5,386 bases of DNA from Promethearchaeota archaeon (GTDB lineage: Archaea > Asgardarchaeota > Odinarchaeia > Odinarchaeales > JBHLKK01). The DNA is taken from contig JBHLPL010000120.1 of NCBI GenBank assembly GCA_048939465.1, forward strand, positions 1 through 5,386. Direction: 5' to 3'. Below are positions 1 through 5,135 of this stretch, in pieces; within the stretch, counting starts at the first letter, position 1, and each line of letters starts with the position of its first letter. Below the pieces are notes generated by a model. The model was not told the origin of the DNA and did not search any database. It saw nothing but the letters and a program-made list of their open reading frames with translations. Both the position numbers and the translations under genes were made by a program.

Positions 1-914
1 TTACACTCTTTGCTAGTGTAGTGTGGCTTAACATAGACCACTCTGATTCCTTTAAGGGTAGCTTTGTACTCCAAAAAAAGCTGGAGTTCTCGGAACGCCC
101 ATTTGTGCACCCAAGTGTTGTATTTAGCAGTCCTTCTAATGTAGGTCAGATCTTCTATCACAAGCACATCTCCTTCGGAGAGTTTGGAGACGATCCTTTT
201 GGAAACTCTGTGGTTGACCCAAGTCATGAACCGTTTCCACCTGCCTTTGGATTTCTTAAGTTTTCGCTTAGAAGCAGGTGTGCCTTTTGCTTGGAGTTCA
301 CGCACAAACCGTTCCCACTTAGCTCGTTCCCTCTTGACACTTCCGAAGAATTCGCTGCCGCTGGTGACCGCCAAGGTGTTTACTCCGAGATCGACACCCA
401 AGATTTTGCAGCCGTTGTGACCATTTACTTGGATATCGACCTCTCTAGAGAACGTGAAACAGAAGAAGAACCGATCTCTATGGTCTTTGATGAGGGTACC
501 CTCACCAAGCCTCCAGTCGAGATATTTATCGAATGCTTTAGGTATGTTTATCTGGAACTTGAATCTGCCTTTTATAGTTGACAAAGAAAGCACTTTCCAA
601 TCATTGCTTACTGAACCGCATCTAAGAAGATTATATCTGATTGACAGTCCTTCGGAGACTTCTGGCTTGGAGCGTGATCCCTTAATCATTTCTACCGCTT
701 GTTTGATGGCATTACATGCCAATTGAGCGTGAAGGTTAAATAGTTCTCTGAGCTCATAATAGCATTGGTGGTGGAGTTTTACCCTATTCTGAATTCTGTG
801 TTTCCACGCGGTATCAACACAGAACTGGACAGCATTAGCATACACCCTCATAGTCTGGTCCAGAATCTCGGAGAAGTCGGCGAGTTTGACTTTGGCGGTC
901 GCAACAACTTTCAT
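1..914 (-). CDS. tnpB: RNA-guided endonuclease TnpB (IS200/IS605 OrfB family), 3' end truncated by the window edge; 304 codons visible
   Basis: Manual minus-strand translation from ATG at 914 has no stop to the edge: MKVVATAKVKLADFSEILDQTMRVYANAVQFCVDTAWKH...LHHQCYYELRELFNLHAQLACNAIKQA...KILGVDLGVNTLAVTS (RuvC-I, D175, nt 392-390)...WVNHRVSKRIV...VLVIEDL (RuvC-II, E254, nt 155-153)...KWAFRELQLFLEYKATLKGIRVVYVKPHYTSKEC (start of the zinc finger). Absent from the ORF track because its stop codon is outside the window. Confidence 0.95.
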   Translation of the reverse strand, partial: MKVVATAKVKLADFSEILDQTMRVYANAVQFCVDTAWKHRIQNRVKLHHQCYYELRELFNLHAQLACNAIKQAVEMIKGSRSKPEVSEGLSIRYNLLRCGSVSNDWKVLSLSTIKGRFKFQINIPKAFDKYLDWRLGEGTLIKDHRDRFFFCFTFSREVDIQVNGHNGCKILGVDLGVNTLAVTSGSEFFGSVKRERAKWERFVRELQAKGTPASKRKLKKSKGRWKRFMTWVNHRVSKRIVSKLSEGDVLVIEDLTYIRRTAKYNTWVHKWAFRELQLFLEYKATLKGIRVVYVKPHYTSKEC

Positions 915-936
915 GCCTTTAATTATTCAACGAACC

Positions 937-944
937 TATTTAAT
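937..944 (-). promoter_or_regulatory. Candidate archaeal TATA box for leaderless tnpB transcription
   Basis: Minus strand reads ATTAAATA(GG), ending about 23 nt before the ATG at 914. There is no RBS directly before that ATG. Confidence 0.45.
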
Positions 945-1000
945 GTCCACCTCAATTCCTCTCCGCCTTTCTGGACAGGAATCTCCTTGGGGTGTCTCAG

Positions 1001-1525
1001 ATGAAGAACTATACACTTCTAATTTCATGTCCAAGAAATCAGGAAAAGAAGGCCGCATCCGAGATCTGGTATCTCCTAAACAGCGAGTTCAATGATCCCC
1101 AAGCGGACTGTGAGATAACTGAAGTATCAGGTCTTATTGCGGCCATAACGTCCCTAGATCCATTTGATGTCATACAGAAGATCAGGAAGATGATTCAAGA
1201 GGATCCTTGGCAGATAAGATATGCTCTAAAACTTGTGCCTTTGGAAAAGGTAGTTTCAACATCAACGGAAGGAATTGCTGAAGCAGCCAAAGACCTTGCC
1301 AGCAAAATAAGTAAGGACGAGAAATTCAGAATAAACGTAAATAAACGTCATACCAAGATAGATCGCATGACACTAATCAAGGCGGTAGCTGATGTTATAG
1401 ATCGAAAAGTTGATCTGGGGAATCCTGATAAGATTGTGAACATCGAGATCGTGGGTAACTGGACCGGCATAAGTATTCTCAATCCGGATGATGTATTCTC
1501 AATAGCAAAAGAGAGGCAATTCTAA
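1001..1525 (+). CDS. Stand-alone THUMP-domain RNA-binding protein (archaeal Tan1/THUMPD1-like tRNA-modification adaptor)
   Basis: N-terminal ferredoxin-like segment (YTLLISCPRNQEKKAASEIWYLL) followed by the THUMP core EKFRINVNKRH...IKAVADVIDRKVDLGNPDKIVNIEIVG. No catalytic domain is fused. ATG 1001 is preferred over GTG 992 because GGGGTG at 989-994 is an RBS. Confidence 0.9.
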   Translation: MKNYTLLISCPRNQEKKAASEIWYLLNSEFNDPQADCEITEVSGLIAAITSLDPFDVIQKIRKMIQEDPWQIRYALKLVPLEKVVSTSTEGIAEAAKDLASKISKDEKFRINVNKRHTKIDRMTLIKAVADVIDRKVDLGNPDKIVNIEIVGNWTGISILNPDDVFSIAKERQF

Positions 1526-1534
1526 CGGGCGATT

Positions 1535-2176
1535 TTACATCTTCATTACTTCAGTTTTTCCTTCGCTGGCGGCTGTCTTCTGCTCTTTGCTCATTTCTAT
1601 CAGCCAGTCTAGGTCCTTTTCATCCTCCACCAAGCGTGTCTTTTTCACATGATCAGGTACTTCAGCAAAAAACCGAACTGCTTCGTCAAAGTTCCCCAGC
1701 AACCTGTTTATCTCCCCGCAGATGTAGGTAACTCTTGCGTCTGTGTCCTTTTCGTAGACTCTTTTGAAGAAAATCAAAGCGTCCTGAAGACGAATCCTTT
1801 CTTTTTCTCCATCTCGATCAACAACTCTTGCTGCCCATGCACTCTGAAGATATGCCCACGCAATACCAGACAGCGATTTCACGTTGTCTCCTTGCTCATC
1901 TACCAGCCTTTGAGCAAGAATATAATATTTCTCCCAGGCTGGAATCTCTGGCTCCTTTTTTTGAGGAGTTGCATCGGTGATTTCGAAGTCGCCTGAATAT
2001 CCGGCAAACAGACAATTGGGGCATACATGCACAAAGAATGGAAGTGGATTTGCCCCCCAATAGTCTGGCATGAAATCCCTGGTTTTTGAAGCAAACCCGC
2101 AACTAAAAACCTGCGTCGCTACAAAGACCTCTTCGCAACCAGGACAGACAACGTTTTCGGAACCCCATGTTGTCAT
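1535..2176 (-). CDS. DUF2225-like protein: N-terminal zinc-binding CxxC pairs plus a C-terminal TPR-like helical region
   Basis: VVCPGC...TRDFMPDYWGANPLPFFVHVCPNCLFAG matches the DUF2225 pattern as I recall it. AWAYLQSAWAAR and YICGEINRLLGNFDEAVRFF are TPR-like. ATG 2176 is preceded by RBS-like GATGTGA; the ORF track starts at GTG 2185. Confidence 0.75.
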   Translation of the reverse strand: MTTWGSENVVCPGCEEVFVATQVFSCGFASKTRDFMPDYWGANPLPFFVHVCPNCLFAGYSGDFEITDATPQKKEPEIPAWEKYYILAQRLVDEQGDNVKSLSGIAWAYLQSAWAARVVDRDGEKERIRLQDALIFFKRVYEKDTDARVTYICGEINRLLGNFDEAVRFFAEVPDHVKKTRLVEDEKDLDWLIEMSKEQKTAASEGKTEVMKM

Positions 2177-2225
2177 GTAATTCACATCTATGGAGCTGTA
2201 TCACTAAAGAATTTACAAAACCAGT

Positions 2226-2233
2226 TATTTAAA
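2226..2233 (-). promoter_or_regulatory. Archaeal TATA box for the DUF2225-like gene
   Basis: Minus strand reads TTTAAATA, 50 nt upstream of ATG 2176, a canonical archaeal consensus. Confidence 0.6.
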
Positions 2234-2334
2234 TGTATAGCCATGAGTCTATAAAATTCACATCATCTCTGAGGATGATACAGACGATAGATCCTATTTC
2301 CCAATCTGCAATGTGGACCTACAATACGACACCT

Positions 2335-2985
2335 TCAATCGAGTACCTTGCCGACGTCGCCTATGGTCTCTCTTATCTGCTCTTCGGACACCGCACCCAA
2401 TCTTCGTATTAGAGGCGGAGATTCTGTCAAATCGATGATCGTAGAAGAAACGCCTACTGATGTTGCACCACCATCAAGCACCAAATCTACTTCCTTGCCA
2501 ACCTGCTCAATTGCTTCCTGCGCTGTTTTAGGCGGTGATTTACCAGAGATATTTGCGCTGGTTCCAACGATAACTCCCCCGACCATCCGGGCCAGATCCC
2601 GAGCAATCTTGTGTGAAGGAATTCTAACAGCGACGCTGTTTCTTCCGCCTGTCACAATATCTGGAATGATCCTTCTTCTCCTCAAAACCAAAGTCAAAAC
2701 ACCAGGCCAGAACTTTTTGGCCAACTTTTCAGCGTTATCATCAAAGTGGGCAATTTCCGAAACATCATTCATACTGGAGACCAAAAGAGGAACGCCCTTC
2801 TCCTCCAGTCTGCCCTTTACCTTGAGTAATCTATCAACTGCCAAAACATTAAACGGATTCGTGCCCAAGCCGTAGATCGTATCGGTTGGAAAGACAACAA
2901 GCATGCCAAATCGAGCAAACGCTGCTGCCATCCTCATAGCACTGACGTCGGGTGCTAGGTTATCTACTTTGAAAACCTTCACCAT
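2335..2985 (-). CDS. tsaC: L-threonylcarbamoyladenylate synthase (TsaC/Sua5/YrdC family, single-domain TsaC type), t6A37 biosynthesis
   Basis: Motifs VFPTDTIYGLG, KGR...K, FWPGVLTLVL, VAVRIP, GTSANISG and SSTIIDLT. About 216 aa with no C-terminal SUA5 domain. ATG 2985 is preceded by the RBS GGTGA at 2995-2991; the ORF track starts at TTG 2997. Confidence 0.93.
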   Translation of the reverse strand: MVKVFKVDNLAPDVSAMRMAAAFARFGMLVVFPTDTIYGLGTNPFNVLAVDRLLKVKGRLEEKGVPLLVSSMNDVSEIAHFDDNAEKLAKKFWPGVLTLVLRRRRIIPDIVTGGRNSVAVRIPSHKIARDLARMVGGVIVGTSANISGKSPPKTAQEAIEQVGKEVDLVLDGGATSVGVSSTIIDLTESPPLIRRLGAVSEEQIRETIGDVGKVLD

Positions 2986-3012
2986 TTGATTCACCAATAT
3001 TGCCAGCTTGAT

Positions 3013-4080
3013 TCATCCCACAAGTTTCCTGAAAAGCTCTAAACTCCCTTCTTTCATCATAGATGTCTTTACGACCCCTACTCCTGAGCTAAGCAAACTT
3101 ACCTGCGTATCCTTGTCATAATGGAATGTTATGCCTGACTTGGAATCTACGGCGACTTTGAAGGAACCCCTGATCTTCTCCTTTAATTCCTGAAAATTGC
3201 CTAATTTGCTCTTAACTGGGATGATTATAAACACGTTCTTCATATCCCTGCTGCATGTCTCCAGTACCTTAACGTTCTTCCGCACCTTAAACACAGTCTC
3301 ATCAGGGGAACCACCACACACAGGGCAGCTCTCATTCCTTACTATATCGATCTCCCGGAATGACATATCGGTAAAATCAATATAAAGCAACTTCCCTTTC
3401 AACAACGGGGGCTTTCTCAGGATGACTCTCACGGCCTCGGAAACCTCAATTCCGGTTATGGCCATCAGAGAAGGCAGAAAGATCCCTGCTTGGGCACAAC
3501 TTGGAAGATCCTCCTCCTCAACCCCTCCATAGAAACACTCCAGACAAGCAGTTTCACCCGGAATCATCGTGTACACATTTCCGTAGCTTTCTATTGCTGA
3601 GGCAAAAACGAATGGTATTCCAGACTTTATACACGCTGCGTTCAAAATATATCGAGTTCCAAGAGAATCCAAACCATCAACGACCACATCTACCCCTTTA
3701 ATAACTTCCTCGACGTTTGATGCATCCAAAAAATCTGAAAACGTCTCAACCTCAATATCCGGACCTATCTCCAAAACCCTATTTTTCGCAGCATCAACCT
3801 TGGGATACCCGACATCGTTCATGTCGTACAGCAGCTGTCTGTGCAGGTTGGAAACCTCCACGATATCCATATCCACTAAGCGCAAAAAACCGACACCTAG
3901 CCTGGTGAGTTGAACTGCAGCAGAGCATCCGAGGCCTCCGAGACCCACAATACAGACCCGGCTCTTTCTAAGCCTCTTCTGCCCCTCGTATCCTATGAAT
4001 TTGAGCGCTATATTCCTTGAATACCTGTCCAACTCCTTATCGGATAGTTCTGGCATTTCCATTTGCTTTCCCTCAAACAT
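3013..4080 (-). CDS. ThiF/MoeB/HesA family E1-like adenylyltransferase (UbaA/MoeB-like) with a C-terminal extension
   Basis: RYSRNI, GLGGLG nucleotide-binding loop, DMDIVEVSNLHRQ, GYPKV, DGLDS, zinc pairs CLEC and CPVC, and a putative active-site Cys in LPSCAQAG. About 90 further residues follow CPVC. The start could also be ATG 4062, which has GAGGGA upstream. Confidence 0.92.
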   Translation of the reverse strand: MFEGKQMEMPELSDKELDRYSRNIALKFIGYEGQKRLRKSRVCIVGLGGLGCSAAVQLTRLGVGFLRLVDMDIVEVSNLHRQLLYDMNDVGYPKVDAAKNRVLEIGPDIEVETFSDFLDASNVEEVIKGVDVVVDGLDSLGTRYILNAACIKSGIPFVFASAIESYGNVYTMIPGETACLECFYGGVEEEDLPSCAQAGIFLPSLMAITGIEVSEAVRVILRKPPLLKGKLLYIDFTDMSFREIDIVRNESCPVCGGSPDETVFKVRKNVKVLETCSRDMKNVFIIIPVKSKLGNFQELKEKIRGSFKVAVDSKSGITFHYDKDTQVSLLSSGVGVVKTSMMKEGSLELFRKLVG

Positions 4081-4165
4081 GAATAACAGGAACCAAGATG
4101 ACCAACAATAATAGTAGATGATGATTAATAATTATTATAGAATAAAATAGCCTAATAGGCAAGGC

Positions 4166-4702
4166 TTAGGTGTATGACCTCAAGAGATGGGGGTATTTCC
4201 TAGAAAGGAGTTTTTCAAGTTCCGTCCGAAGCTTTTGGTCCAACTCACGTTGCTTCTCGGAGATCGTACCTGTATATCTGTCAACACGGATTACAGGACC
4301 TTGCAGAGCGTAGGGTGTGTCAACTTTCCGTGCTGAAATCGGTTCTATATCCTCGATTATCTTTGAGATTCTGTCAAGGTCGGACCCCTTTTGAAGTATG
4401 TTTATCAACGTTCTCATCTGCTCTTCAGAGAGAGGCCTTAATCCGAACTCAAAGGGACTGTCTACTTCCAGCTTTCTACCGACTCTTTGTTTGGCACCCA
4501 GTCCGACCGATTTATATGGATTGACAAACTCCTCTTTTACGAACCAGATGTTGGAACCCTTTGTGAAAATCAGATCATAGTGTCCCCTAAGGTCCCTTCT
4601 TACCATCACCCGCCATCCTCTAGGGCTGCTATTGTAACGCTTCACTATTTCTTTTTTGATTCTGTCTGCTGATCTGATTCTAACCAAGCTTGGCACTTCC
4701 AA
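4166..4702 (-). CDS. Hypothetical protein, resembling a conserved archaeal family of unknown function
   Basis: 178-aa ORF in the same orientation as its neighbours, filling the gap. The pattern IVKRYN..P.GWRV...D......I..VNPY..VG.G...FG.RP...GP...SEKQRELD.KL..EL.KL...KYP resembles archaeal hypotheticals from memory, unverified. The start may be TTG 4687, with GGAAGTG upstream. Confidence 0.75.
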   Translation of the reverse strand: MEVPSLVRIRSADRIKKEIVKRYNSSPRGWRVMVRRDLRGHYDLIFTKGSNIWFVKEEFVNPYKSVGLGAKQRVGRKLEVDSPFEFGLRPLSEEQMRTLINILQKGSDLDRISKIIEDIEPISARKVDTPYALQGPVIRVDRYTGTISEKQRELDQKLRTELEKLLSRKYPHLLRSYT

Positions 4703-4756
4703 ATTATGGCTTAAGCCTCTCTATTTCTCCCCTCTAATAATAGAATGCATCCAAGA

Positions 4757-4764
4757 GATATAAA
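4757..4764 (-). promoter_or_regulatory. Candidate TATA box for the 178-aa hypothetical gene
   Basis: Minus strand reads TTTATATC, about 55 nt upstream of 4702. Confidence 0.4.
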
Positions 4765-4827
4765 TTAACACATACTGAGAAGTTCTCTCCGAATCTGTGA
4801 AAGATTCTAATTCGTTCTGTGCCATCA

Positions 4828-4848
4828 CTTACCTGTTCTTACCTGTTC
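4828..4848. repeat. 10-bp tandem duplication (CTTACCTGTT x2)
   Basis: cttacctgtt at 4828-4837 and 4838-4847, continuing with c at 4848. Confidence 0.85.
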
Positions 4849-4897
4849 CATCTTCATTCTTCTTTTTCATAGTACCTCTCAAATCCGTTCGATTTTG

Positions 4898-4932
4898 AAA
4901 AAGTTGAATACATCCTTTGTATTCAACTTTTT
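4898..4932. repeat. Perfect 15-bp inverted repeat with a 5-nt loop
   Basis: AAAAAGTTGAATACA (4898-4912), tcctt, then TGTATTCAACTTTTT (4918-4932); the two arms are exact reverse complements. Confidence 0.95.
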
Positions 4933-5021
4933 TAGTATTATTATCCTAACTTTGCTTTTCTCTGCCATAAAATCGCCGATCCCACTTCTCTTCTCAGATA
5001 TCTAATGCTCCCGAGATAATG

Positions 5022-5069
5022 TTTTATAGTGTTAAAATATAAAAGAAACCGAATCTAAATACCGGTTTC
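5022..5069 (+). promoter_or_regulatory. Candidate promoter of the flavoprotein gene with a downstream operator-like palindrome
   Basis: TATA-like TTTTATAG (5022-5029) and TATAAAA (5038-5044), immediately followed by GAAACCG-N11-CGGTTTC (5045-5069). Confidence 0.45.
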
Positions 5070-5135
5070 AACGGGTAAATTGTCGAATCTACATGCAATT
5101 CATGTGAGATCAAAGAAGAAAACGGAGGAAGAATT

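Larger units (their letters stand above)
1..945 (-). mobile_element. Probable tnpB-only (IS1341-like) IS200/IS605-family element; left end not precisely defined, right end outside the window
   Basis: tnpB with only 86 bp before the divergent THUMP start, so no upstream tnpA. No convincing left-end hairpin was found, and the boundary is a guess. Confidence 0.55.

Noticed and set aside
73-79. A7 run in tnpB as a slippage or frameshift site
   Set aside because: The frame reads through correctly (ELQLFLEYKA), so there is no evidence of a frameshift.
21-581. 186-aa plus-strand ORF, and the ORFs at 184-420, 454-726, 765-1004 and 886-1095
   Set aside because: Shadow ORFs. 21-581 and 765-1004 are in exact codon register antisense to tnpB, and the others overlap tnpB or THUMP. 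None has a recognisable motif, while the minus strand encodes a clear TnpB.
1649-2102. ORFs 1649-1996 (+), 1896-2102 (-) and 1900-2094 (-)
   Set aside because: Wholly inside the DUF2225-like CDS, antisense or out of frame, with no motifs.
2240-2312. Possible C/D box sRNA (CTGA at 2269-2272 followed by ATGATA)
   Set aside because: No proper RUGAUGA C box and no terminal CUGA D box (CTGC instead); it is also antisense to the local transcription.
2348-3908. Plus-strand ORFs 2348-2875, 3197-3385, 3501-3701 and 3717-3908
   Set aside because: Antisense to tsaC or the E1-like gene, both of which have clear family motifs.
3013-4080. The E1-like protein as TcdA/CsdL (ct6A dehydratase), tempting because it is next to tsaC
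   Set aside because: It has two zinc CxxC motifs, the xxCxxxG active-site loop and RYSRxI/SNLHRQ features of MoeB/UbaA, and lacks TcdA-type motifs such as SSMGAG. A phylogeny would settle this.
4118-4190. C-box match ATGATGA at 4118-4124 in the intergenic gap
   Set aside because: No CTGA D box at a suitable distance, and the sequence is low-complexity and AT-rich.
4315-4672. Plus-strand ORFs 4315-4524, 4398-4580 and 4487-4672
   Set aside because: Short and antisense to the 178-aa ORF, with no supporting signals.
5091-5105. Short inverted repeat ACATG-N5-CATGT and the mini-ORF ATG CAA TTC ATG TGA
   Set aside because: Five-bp arms and a 4-codon ORF are expected by chance.
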